DNA from: Candidatus Saccharimonadota bacterium | GTDB taxonomy: Bacteria; Patescibacteriota; Saccharimonadia; Saccharimonadales; Saccharimonadaceae | Length of the DNA stretch: 64,000 nt | Direction of reading: 5' to 3' | Assembly (NCBI GenBank): GCA_017431105.1 | Contig: JAFRLS010000036.1 | Coordinates: forward strand, 2,594-66,593 | Shown here: positions 55,532 to 63,506 of the stretch, piece by piece | Position numbering within the stretch: the first letter of the stretch is position 1 | Layout of the letters: the number at the start of each line of letters is the position of its first letter | Position numbers and translations under genes: made by a program | Notes under the pieces: generated by a model | What the model was told of the DNA's origin: nothing | The model's input: only the letters and a program-made list of their open reading frames with translations | Database searches by the model: none

Positions 55532-56467
55532 TTAGAGATTTTTGACAATCTTGCGAGCTTCAGCTACAGAGTGAGTTTCCATGAGTTTAGCACGAATATC
55601 GGCGGCACCAGGGAAATTATTGATATAGATTTTGAAAAAATGCTTCAAGGGTTCAAAAGATGAAAATTGATATTTTTCATATAAATCTAGATGTAGTTTT
55701 AAGAGATTCATAAGTTCTTTACGAGTGGGGGTATGGTTGGTGAAACAATAGGGGTTGGCAAAAACGCCGCGGCCGATCATAAAACCGTCGATTTCTGGGT
55801 ATTTTTGGTGTAATTCTAGGGCGTGGGCGCTGTTTTTGATGTCGCCGCTAATGATGAGTTTCGTTTCTGGGCTAATTTGGTCGCGAAGTTTGATAATTTC
55901 AGGAATGAGTTCGTAGTGGGCGGGGACTTTGCTCATTTCTTTCTTAGTGCGAAGGTGAACCGTAAGCGCGGCTGGATGTTCGGCGAGCAGAATAGATAGC
56001 CAATCGTGATATTCTTCGGGCTTACTCCAACCGAGTCGGGTTTTAATAGAAATTGGTAAATTGGTGGATTTTTTGGCATTTCTAAAGCATTCGATGGCGA
56101 GCTCTGGGGTTTTAATCATGGCGGCACCACCACCGGTGCGGTTGACATTTTTATCTGGACAGCCAAAATTAAGGTCTACGCCAGCAAAACCTAGATTTTC
56201 AAGCGCGGCGGTACAGATAGAAAAATGTTCGGGGTCTTTACCCCAAATTTGAGCGATAATTGGTTGGTCGGTAGGGGAGATTTTGAGGCGCTCTAGGGCG
56301 TTATCGCGACCTTTTTCAGAGGCGTAAGACGAAACATTGGTGAATTCAGTAAAAAATAAATCTGGGCGACCGGCTTTCGCGATGACTTGACGAAAAACAA
56401 TATCCGTAACACCTTCCATTGGCGCCAGAATTAAGAACGGTTTTGGCAGTTTATCCCAGATATTCAT
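55532..56467 (-). CDS. dus: tRNA-dihydrouridine synthase
   Basis: LAPMEGVTD, DLNFGCP, SIKTRLG, VHLRT and MIGRG motifs; start 6 nt after TATAAT. Confidence 0.93.
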   Translation of the reverse strand: MNIWDKLPKPFLILAPMEGVTDIVFRQVIAKAGRPDLFFTEFTNVSSYASEKGRDNALERLKISPTDQPIIAQIWGKDPEHFSICTAALENLGFAGVDLNFGCPDKNVNRTGGGAAMIKTPELAIECFRNAKKSTNLPISIKTRLGWSKPEEYHDWLSILLAEHPAALTVHLRTKKEMSKVPAHYELIPEIIKLRDQISPETKLIISGDIKNSAHALELHQKYPEIDGFMIGRGVFANPYCFTNHTPTRKELMNLLKLHLDLYEKYQFSSFEPLKHFFKIYINNFPGAADIRAKLMETHSVAEARKIVKNL

Positions 56468-56503
56468 TCGCATATTATAACCTAAAATATGGTATAATAA
56501 AAG

Positions 56504-56638
56504 TGCTCTCGCTAAACTTCGGTCACTGGCGCAGAGAAAAGTTAAAGGTTGCGAGTATCGTCATTTATGCTCGTAACTAGGAGCCAATAAAACAGGCTCG
56601 CATAAATGACTCACTAAATTTAATTTAAGGAGTCTTTT
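56504..56638 (+). promoter_or_regulatory. Structured 5' leader (UUCG hairpin, pseudoknot, SD-sequestering stem)
   Basis: Complementary segments are listed in the findings; follows TGGTATAAT at 56490-56498. Confidence 0.6.
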
Positions 56639-56890
56639 ATGAAAAACTTTAACAAAAATAAAACAGAAAGAGTCGAAGTAATGGCGCTCTTCGGTTACGA
56701 AATGACACCATGCCAGCCTCTAACTTTTAGGCGGCGAGGTCAAAATGAAACTGAAGTAACCGAACTTCTGCGGACGCAAATTCATTTTGCGGGGCAGGCG
56801 ACATTACATATTTTCGACGTTCTGGTTGGCCGGGAAAAGATGAGGCTGGAGTTCAATTCTAGCGACCTTTCCTGGTACCTCACACAATAG
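56639..56890 (+). CDS. Small protein, DUF6504-like (resemblance from memory)
   Basis: SD AAGGAG; pattern VEVMALF..P..F.....HIFDV....RLEFNS..LSW.L. Confidence 0.7.
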   Translation: MKNFNKNKTERVEVMALFGYEMTPCQPLTFRRRGQNETEVTELLRTQIHFAGQATLHIFDVLVGREKMRLEFNSSDLSWYLTQ

Positions 56891-56892
56891 GG

Positions 56893-56972
56893 GGAAACCG
56901 AAAGGCCTTTTTCGGATACACTCTAGGGCGCTTGCCCGAGCTTATGGTCCGAAAAAGGCCTTCTCGGTTTTC
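56893..56972. repeat. Long imperfect inverted repeat (~80-nt hairpin)
   Basis: GAAACCGA-AAGGCCTTTTTCGGA ... TCCGAAAAAGGCCTT-C-TCGGTTTT, with an inner CTC-TA-GGGC-GCTT-GCCC-GAG. Confidence 0.85.
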
Positions 56973-56989
56973 ATGATATAATATGATTT

Positions 56990-58069
56990 ATGCAAGAACT
57001 ATCGAAACGGCTTTTGAATTTGGAAGAAGATTTTTTGAAGACCTATGAAAAATTGAAAATTGATGAAAAGCTAGGCAAATTGGCGGAGTTAGAAAAAGAG
57101 GTGGCGGAGCCAGAGATTTGGCGAGATGTCGAGAGGGCGACTGTGAAAAATCAGGAATTAGCCGCTTTAATAGATGAAACTGAGCCGTGGACCTTGCTTA
57201 AAACTCAGGTTAACGATTTGAAGGAATTGATTGCGATTTCGGGTGATGATTTGGCGGATGAGATAGGTGGCCAGCTTGATGCGATGGAAGAGAAGTTGGC
57301 AGAGCTAAAAAAATCTCTGCGTTTTAACGGCCCTTATGATGATAAAAATGCGATTATTAGAATTACGGCAGGCGCGGGTGGTACAGAGGCGATGGATTGG
57401 GCGTCGATGCTTGAACGAATGTATCTAAGGTTTTTTGAGCGTCATGATTTCAAGGTGAGCTTGATTGAAAAAGTAGATGGCGAAGAGGCTGGTATTAAAA
57501 CCGCTGTATATGAAGTCACTGGGCCACATGCTTATGGTACGCTCAAATCTGAGCATGGTGTACATAGGTTAGTGCGACTTTCACCGTTTAATGCCAATAA
57601 TCTACGTCAGACTTCGTTTGCTTTAGTGGAAATTTTGCCGGTGATTAAGGCGGATGCGGATGTACAAATTGATGAAAAAGATTTGCGGATTGACGTGTAC
57701 CATTCTGGTGGGCACGGTGGACAATCGGTGAACACCACTAATTCGGCGGTGCGGATTACGCACTTACCAACGAATACGGTAGTAGCGATTCAAAATGAAC
57801 GTTCTCAGCTCCAAAACAAAGAGAAAGCGATGGAAATTTTACGTGGCAAGTTAGTGCAAATGCAGCTAGAACAGCATGCGGAGTCGATTGATAAATTGCG
57901 TGCCGGTGAATCGGCGGGTTGGGGCCAACAGATTCGGAATTACGTCTTGCAGCCATATAAGCTAGTGAAAGATACACGTACTGGTTATGAGGAGACTGAT
58001 CCAGATGCAGTTCTAGATGGTGAAATTGAGGGTTTTATTGACAATTTTCTAGAAATGTGCTATAATTAA
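56990..58069 (+). CDS. prfB: Peptide chain release factor 2
   Basis: GAGGTEA, HRLVRLSPF and GGHGGQ motifs; continuous frame. Confidence 0.95.
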   Translation: MQELSKRLLNLEEDFLKTYEKLKIDEKLGKLAELEKEVAEPEIWRDVERATVKNQELAALIDETEPWTLLKTQVNDLKELIAISGDDLADEIGGQLDAMEEKLAELKKSLRFNGPYDDKNAIIRITAGAGGTEAMDWASMLERMYLRFFERHDFKVSLIEKVDGEEAGIKTAVYEVTGPHAYGTLKSEHGVHRLVRLSPFNANNLRQTSFALVEILPVIKADADVQIDEKDLRIDVYHSGGHGGQSVNTTNSAVRITHLPTNTVVAIQNERSQLQNKEKAMEILRGKLVQMQLEQHAESIDKLRAGESAGWGQQIRNYVLQPYKLVKDTRTGYEETDPDAVLDGEIEGFIDNFLEMCYN

Positions 58070-58129
58070 AAGATGAGGCACTTTTTGTCTAAAATAGGGG
58101 TTCACAAGATAAAAAAAGTGTGCTAAAAT
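58038..58129 (+). promoter_or_regulatory. Tandem promoters P1/P2 of the ribosomal protein operon
   Basis: TTGACA-17-TATAAT (58038-58066, within the prfB 3' end) and TTCACA-17-TAAAAT (58101-58129), both TG-extended. Confidence 0.7.
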
Positions 58130-58134
58130 ATAGG

Positions 58135-58291
58135 TGTTATCTAGACATAAGGAGAGGTCTCGTAAGGGAAACCAGCCTAAAAGTCTAGTTTTAATAGTGC
58201 AATTTTGCCTGTTGTACAGAGGCAAAATGCAACTACCCGCTTATAGGGCGAGTGTGGGGGATATACAACAAAACTAAAGGAAAGGAACAGA
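58135..58291 (+). promoter_or_regulatory. Structured leader of the rplC operon
   Basis: CTAGAC/GTCTAG-closed stem and ATTTTGCCT/AGGCAAAAT hairpin. Confidence 0.55.
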
Positions 58292-58912
58292 ATGCAAGTC
58301 ATTCTCGGCACCAAAATTGGTATGACCCAGATCATCGGTTCTGACGGTGTTGTGACTCCGGTTACAATTCTTCAGGCTGGCCCCATCACAGTGACTCAGA
58401 TTAAAACTGTCGAAACCGACGGTTATAACGCTGTGCAAGTGGGTTATGGTCAGGGTAAGAATCTGAGCAAGTCGGTTACTGGCCATGTTAAAAAGGCTGG
58501 TGAAAATATTAATCCTAAGATTCTAAAAGAATTTCGGGTTGACGAAATTCCAGAAGGTATGAAACTTGGCGACATACTCACGGTCGAAAGCTTCAAGCTT
58601 GGGGACAAAGTTGCTGTGACTGGCACGAGCAAAGGCAAAGGCTATGCTGGTACGGTCAAGCGTTGGAACTTCCAAGAATCACGTAATACGCATGGTTTTA
58701 AGGGCGATATTCGTAAAGTTGGTTCAATTGGTTCCATGTATCCACAAAAAGTATTTAAAGGCAAAAGAATGCCGGGTCGTATGGGTCATGATACTGTGAC
58801 AGTTAAGAATTTGGTAGTTGCTTACATTGATGCAGCTAACAATTTGATTGGCTTAAAAGGTGCAGTGCCAGGTCCAAAGAAAGGCATTGTAGTGGTGGAG
58901 GGAAAGGAGTAA
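58292..58912 (+). CDS. rplC: 50S ribosomal protein L3
   Basis: GTKIGMTQI, DGYNAVQ, GTSKGKG and KGAVPG motifs. Confidence 0.97.
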   Translation: MQVILGTKIGMTQIIGSDGVVTPVTILQAGPITVTQIKTVETDGYNAVQVGYGQGKNLSKSVTGHVKKAGENINPKILKEFRVDEIPEGMKLGDILTVESFKLGDKVAVTGTSKGKGYAGTVKRWNFQESRNTHGFKGDIRKVGSIGSMYPQKVFKGKRMPGRMGHDTVTVKNLVVAYIDAANNLIGLKGAVPGPKKGIVVVEGKE

Positions 58913-58913
58913 T

Positions 58914-59513
58914 ATGGCTACTTTAGATAAAGAAATATTCGGCCTTTCCGTCGAAAATCACGAACTCGTAAAATTGGCTTATGATGCATATCTTGCCAAT
59001 TCTAGGTCTTCGCACGCTAAAACTTTGAAGCGTGGTGAAGTTTCTGGTGGTGGCAAGAAACCATGGAGGCAAAAAGGTACTGGTCGTGCTCGTTTTGGTT
59101 CGACTCGTAACCCAATCTGGCGCCATGGTGGTGTAGCGTTCGGTCGCACTGGTGAAGAAAACTTCACCAAGAAGATTTCGCGCAGCGCTAAGCAACAAGC
59201 TGTAAAGCAAGCGCTTTCAATGAAAAATGCCGAAAAAGCTGTATTCGTATTGGAACCAACCGTTAAGTTGACTGGTAAAACCAAAGACGCTGCTAAAATT
59301 TTGAAAGACATGAAGCTTGAAGGCAAAAATGTCTTGGCGGTAGCAGCTGAGAAAACTCCAGAAGTTTTGCGCTCAACGAACAATTTGGCAAATGTCAAAT
59401 TGGTACGTGCTACCTATCTTAATGTTTTCGACATTATGAATGCAGATACAATTGTCTTTTCAGAAGCTGGTCTCAAAGCGACTGTTAAATGGCTAAAGGG
59501 AGAGGAGAAGTAA
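58914..59513 (+). CDS. rplD: 50S ribosomal protein L4
   Basis: RGEVSGGGKKPWRQKGTGRAR. Confidence 0.97.
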   Translation: MATLDKEIFGLSVENHELVKLAYDAYLANSRSSHAKTLKRGEVSGGGKKPWRQKGTGRARFGSTRNPIWRHGGVAFGRTGEENFTKKISRSAKQQAVKQALSMKNAEKAVFVLEPTVKLTGKTKDAAKILKDMKLEGKNVLAVAAEKTPEVLRSTNNLANVKLVRATYLNVFDIMNADTIVFSEAGLKATVKWLKGEEK

Positions 59514-59514
59514 G

Positions 59515-59919
59515 ATGGCAAAGAATGATCAAAACAATATCAAGCTTCATCTTCTAGAGCCAAGAGCAACTGAGAAGAGCTACCTCGAGCAGACCAACCG
59601 GATTTATGTTTTCCCGGTCAAGCGTACTGCTTCGAAGCAAGAAATTGCCAAGATGGTAGAAAAAGAATTTAATGTGACCGTAACGGACGTTCGCGTAATG
59701 ATCCGCAATGGTAAAAAGACGAAGTTTAGTAAAGGTAAGCACGCTTACCCTGGCATTACACATCGCCAAGACAAGAAGTTTGCTTACGTAAGGCTAAAGA
59801 AAGGTGATTCGATCAAAGTTTTCGATGAACCAGAAAAAGATAATAAAACCAGCGCAAAGGAAGCTAAGGCTGACAAAAAGGCTAAAGCCGACAAGAATGC
59901 AGGTAAGGAGAATAAGTAA
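59515..59919 (+). CDS. rplW: 50S ribosomal protein L23 with C-terminal extension
   Basis: PRATEKS, YVFPV...SKQEI and KKFAYVRL motifs. Confidence 0.95.
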   Translation: MAKNDQNNIKLHLLEPRATEKSYLEQTNRIYVFPVKRTASKQEIAKMVEKEFNVTVTDVRVMIRNGKKTKFSKGKHAYPGITHRQDKKFAYVRLKKGDSIKVFDEPEKDNKTSAKEAKADKKAKADKNAGKENK

Positions 59920-60755
59920 TGGCAATTAAAGCATATCGCCCGATTACACCGGCGCAGCGTCAGAAGACGACTGAAGATTATGATCAAATTACGACAAAGA
60001 AGCCGATGAAATCTTTACTTGTTGCTAAAAAGCAACAGGCGGGCAAGAATAACCAAGGTCGCATTACGGTGCGTCACCGTGGTGGTGGAGTAAAGCGTCA
60101 CTATCGTGTGATGACTTACGATTTACCAAAGAACGTGACTTTTACGGTTGAAGAAATTGAATACGATCCAAATCGCTCAGCAAGAATTGCACGCGTGAAG
60201 GATGAAAACGGCGTGTATTATTATGTACTCGCTGATACCAAGATGGTAAAAGGTACGACTTTTAAGGCTGGCGATGATATCGAAGTTGAAGATTCGAACC
60301 GTTTGCCACTTGAAAACATTCCAGTTGGTACTTTTGTATATGCAATTGAAATCACTCCAGGTAAAGGCGCCCAAATGGTGCGCGCTGCGGGTGCTTCAGC
60401 ACAGTTGATGGCAAAAGAAGATGGCTATGCCACTCTTAAGATGCCGTCTGGTGAAGTGCGCAAAGTACTTGCAACTTGCGAGGCTTCAATTGGTACGGTT
60501 TCAAACTTGCAACACCAAAACGTGAAAATTGGTGCAGCAGGTCGTCGTCGCCGCAAAGGTATTCGCCCAACGGTACGTGGTGTCGTAATGAACGCAACGG
60601 ATCACCCACACGGTGGTGGTGATGGTGGTCGTCACGGTTCTGGTAAAGCTCCTCGTACGCCATGGGGTCAACTCACATTGGGTTATCGTACTCGTCATAA
60701 TAAGAAAACTAATAAGATGATCGTGCGCAGTCGCCACGAAGGAAAGAGGAAATAA
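59919..60755 (+). CDS. rplB: 50S ribosomal protein L2
   Basis: [19 protein letters not shown] and [15 protein letters not shown] motifs. Confidence 0.97.
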   Translation: MAIKAYRPITPAQRQKTTEDYDQITTKKPMKSLLVAKKQQAGKNNQGRITVRHRGGGVKRHYRVMTYDLPKNVTFTVEEIEYDPNRSARIARVKDENGVYYYVLADTKMVKGTTFKAGDDIEVEDSNRLPLENIPVGTFVYAIEITPGKGAQMVRAAGASAQLMAKEDGYATLKMPSGEVRKVLATCEASIGTVSNLQHQNVKIGAAGRRRRKGIRPTVRGVVMNATDHPHGGGDGGRHGSGKAPRTPWGQLTLGYRTRHNKKTNKMIVRSRHEGKRK

Positions 60756-61048
60756 TGTCTCGGAGTCTTAAGAAAGGTCTATTTGTAGACTACAAACTCG
60801 CGAAGAAAGTTGCCGCTCTCTCCAGCGAAGACCGCACCGTAATCAAAACTTGGGCACGTCAATCTACGATTTCACCAGAAATGGTAGGTCGTACCATTGC
60901 CGTTCATAATGGCAAAGTACACGTTCCAGTTTTCATTTCGGAAAATATGGTTGGTCATAAGCTCGGCGACTTAGCGCCAACTCGTACAATTCAGCGCCCC
61001 GGTGGTAAGACAGCCGCTGAGGCTGCAGCTGCGAAAGGAAATGCATAA
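60755..61048 (+). CDS. rpsS: 30S ribosomal protein S19
   Basis: SRSLKKG, KTWAR, HNGK and MVGHKLG motifs. Confidence 0.97.
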   Translation: MSRSLKKGLFVDYKLAKKVAALSSEDRTVIKTWARQSTISPEMVGRTIAVHNGKVHVPVFISENMVGHKLGDLAPTRTIQRPGGKTAAEAAAAKGNA

Positions 61049-61050
61049 TT

Positions 61051-61464
61051 ATGACTACTCATTTCGCACACGCATATGAAAAAGGCATCGATTCGTTACC
61101 ACGCAAGACCAATATCGTAGCATCACTAGTTCGTGATCGCTATGTGGCCGATGCGGTGGTGATTTTGGAAAATACCCCACGCCGTGCTGCACGTGCAGTA
61201 CTTAAAGCTGTGGAATCAGCAAATGCAAATTTGATTAACAATTCCAAAGTTTCAATCGATCCAAAAACTATTCGAATTGCTCGAATTTTCGTAACAAGTG
61301 GCACCAGAATCCGCCGTTATGTTCCAGCATCGCGTGGACGCGCATTGCCATATGAAAAGATTTCTAGCAACATTTTCGTCGAGGTCGCCGGCGAAGAAAA
61401 AGTAAAGAAAGTCGCTGAAAAACCAGCTGAGACTAAAGCTGCAGCGAACAAGGAGAAAAAGTAA
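61051..61464 (+). CDS. rplV: 50S ribosomal protein L22
   Basis: PRK..VASLVR, SANAN and RYVPASRGRA motifs. Confidence 0.95.
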   Translation: MTTHFAHAYEKGIDSLPRKTNIVASLVRDRYVADAVVILENTPRRAARAVLKAVESANANLINNSKVSIDPKTIRIARIFVTSGTRIRRYVPASRGRALPYEKISSNIFVEVAGEEKVKKVAEKPAETKAAANKEKK

Positions 61465-61465
61465 T

Positions 61466-62092
61466 ATGGGTCAGAAGGTTAATCCCATCTCTTACCGTCT
61501 CCAGGTCAGCAAAGATTGGTCTTCAAAATGGTTTACCAGGAAGAGCGATTTTCGCCATTGGCTAGTGGAAGACGTCAAGATTCGTGAGTTAATCGAAGAA
61601 CGGTTTAAGAGCCGCCCAACGATTGCGCGAATCAATATTGAACGCTCCGCCAATCTTACTACAATTACCATTCTTACTGCGAAAGCAGGTGCGGTAATTG
61701 GTAAGCAAGGCGCAGGTATCAATGAGCTCAAGAAAGAGCTTGAAAAAATCGTCGATGGTCCAATTCGGATTAACGTCGAAGAAGTGAAAAAACCAGAACT
61801 TAACGCTAAGCTCGTAGCTGAGAATATTGGCTTCCAACTTGGCAAGCGTATGAATTTCCGCCGCGCCGTAAAGATGGCTTTGCAATCTACGATGAATGCT
61901 GGCGCTAAAGGTGTACGTATCGAAGTAGCTGGTCGTTTGAACGGTGCTGAAATGTCTCGTCGTGAGAAATTCATTGAAGGTTCAGTGCCTCTACATACAC
62001 TTCGTGCTGATATCGATTTTTACTGTCATCACGCACCAACAATTGCTGGTATCGTCGGCGTGAAAGTTTGGATTTACAAGGGGGAAAAGTAA
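61466..62092 (+). CDS. rpsC: 30S ribosomal protein S3
   Basis: MGQKVNP, GRLNGAEMSR and PLHTLRADID motifs. Confidence 0.97.
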   Translation: MGQKVNPISYRLQVSKDWSSKWFTRKSDFRHWLVEDVKIRELIEERFKSRPTIARINIERSANLTTITILTAKAGAVIGKQGAGINELKKELEKIVDGPIRINVEEVKKPELNAKLVAENIGFQLGKRMNFRRAVKMALQSTMNAGAKGVRIEVAGRLNGAEMSRREKFIEGSVPLHTLRADIDFYCHHAPTIAGIVGVKVWIYKGEK

Positions 62093-62093
62093 G

Positions 62094-62513
62094 ATGGCTA
62101 TTTTACTTCCAAGAAAAACTGCACACCGCAAGGTCCGCAAGGGTAAAAATGAAGGCGTAGCTACTCGTTGCAACACTGTTGCATTCGGTGATTATGGTTT
62201 GATGTCGCTCGACAATGAGCGCATTAACAGTCGCCAAATCGAGGCAGCTCGTCAGGCAATTACCCGTTACATTAAGCGTGGTGGTAAAATTTGGATTCGA
62301 ATTTTCCCACATACACCAGTTACCAAGAAACCACTTGATGTGAAAATGGGTTCCGGTAAAGGTGAACCACAATTCTTTGTAGCTAAGGTGAAGGCTGGTA
62401 CTGTGATGTTTGAAATCGCAGATGTTACCGACGAACAAGCTAAAGAAGCGCTTCGTCTTGCATCACATAAGTTACCGGTGAAATGTAAAATTATTAAGAA
62501 AGAGGAGTTTTAA
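62094..62513 (+). CDS. rplP: 50S ribosomal protein L16
   Basis: RQIEAAR, WIRIFP and KMGSGKG motifs. Confidence 0.97.
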   Translation: MAILLPRKTAHRKVRKGKNEGVATRCNTVAFGDYGLMSLDNERINSRQIEAARQAITRYIKRGGKIWIRIFPHTPVTKKPLDVKMGSGKGEPQFFVAKVKAGTVMFEIADVTDEQAKEALRLASHKLPVKCKIIKKEEF

Positions 62514-62514
62514 A

Positions 62515-62850
62515 ATGGCACACACATTAGTAGGGGTAGTGACTTCCGATAAGCGTGATAAGACCATTACCGTCTCCATCGTGAATCGTGAAACTCACCC
62601 ACTTTATCGCAAGCAATACACGAAAACTCGTAAATATACTGCCCATGATGAGAAAAATGAGGCTAAAATCGGCGATCGTGTTGAGATTGCTGCGACTCGT
62701 CCACTTTCCAAGACTAAAGCTTATACTTTGGTAAAGATTCTTGAAAAGTCGCACGGCACAGTAGAGCTTAAAGAAGACGTGAATACCGTCGAAATGCCAG
62801 AAAAAATCGGCGCAGACAAAAAAGCTGCGGCTGAGGAGGGGGAGAAATAA
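62515..62850 (+). CDS. rpsQ: 30S ribosomal protein S17
   Basis: [19 protein letters not shown] and RPLSKTK motifs. Confidence 0.96.
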   Translation: MAHTLVGVVTSDKRDKTITVSIVNRETHPLYRKQYTKTRKYTAHDEKNEAKIGDRVEIAATRPLSKTKAYTLVKILEKSHGTVELKEDVNTVEMPEKIGADKKAAAEEGEK

Positions 62851-62851
62851 T

Positions 62852-63220
62852 ATGATTCAACAAGAAACAAGATTAAAAGTAGCCGACAACAGCGGCGCCA
62901 AGGAGCTCGGAGTAATCCGTGTGCTTGGTGGTACTAGAGCGCGCTACGCAAGAGTTGGTGACATTGTCACTTGCTCAGTGAAAGATGCGTCGCCAACTGG
63001 TAACGTCAAGAAGAAAGCTGTCGTAAAGGCTGTGATTGTACGTACTGTGCAACCAATTCGTCGCCCAGATGGTTCAACCATCCGTTTTGACGAAAACGCA
63101 GCAGTGCTTGTAAATGAAGACAAGACTCCAAGAGGTACTCGTGTATTCGGGCCAATCCCAAGGGAGCTTCGCGATCTTGGCTTTTCAAAGATTATTAGCT
63201 TAGCACCGGAGGTACTCTAA
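62852..63220 (+). CDS. rplN: 50S ribosomal protein L14
   Basis: [16 protein letters not shown]...SLAPEVL. Confidence 0.97.
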   Translation: MIQQETRLKVADNSGAKELGVIRVLGGTRARYARVGDIVTCSVKDASPTGNVKKKAVVKAVIVRTVQPIRRPDGSTIRFDENAAVLVNEDKTPRGTRVFGPIPRELRDLGFSKIISLAPEVL

Positions 63221-63221
63221 A

Positions 63222-63506
63222 ATGGCACAGAATTTGAAGGCGAACGATACTGTACTTGTCATTTCCGGTGACAACAAAGGTAAAAAAGCTAAAATCGTCA
63301 AGATTGACCGACAGGTTGGCAAAGCCTATCTCGAGGGTATTGAGGTGCGCGAACGCCACATGAAGAAGACTCAATTCAACCCAGCTGGTGGTAAGAAAAC
63401 TATCCACGTTGGAATTGATTTGTCCAATTTGAAATTAATGGAAGCAGCTAAAGTAGAAAAGAAGGCTGCGAAAACAGATAAAAAAGCTAAGAAAGGAGCT
63501 AAGTAA
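63222..63506 (+). CDS. rplX: 50S ribosomal protein L24
   Basis: KOW motif DTVLVISGDNKGK; IDLSNL. Confidence 0.93.
   Translation: MAQNLKANDTVLVISGDNKGKKAKIVKIDRQVGKAYLEGIEVRERHMKKTQFNPAGGKKTIHVGIDLSNLKLMEAAKVEKKAAKTDKKAKKGAK

Noticed and set aside
55451-56531. CACTGGCG shared by the ORFan leader and the pseudoknot leader
   Set aside because: Only 8 nt in different structural contexts; cannot be separated from chance without more examples.
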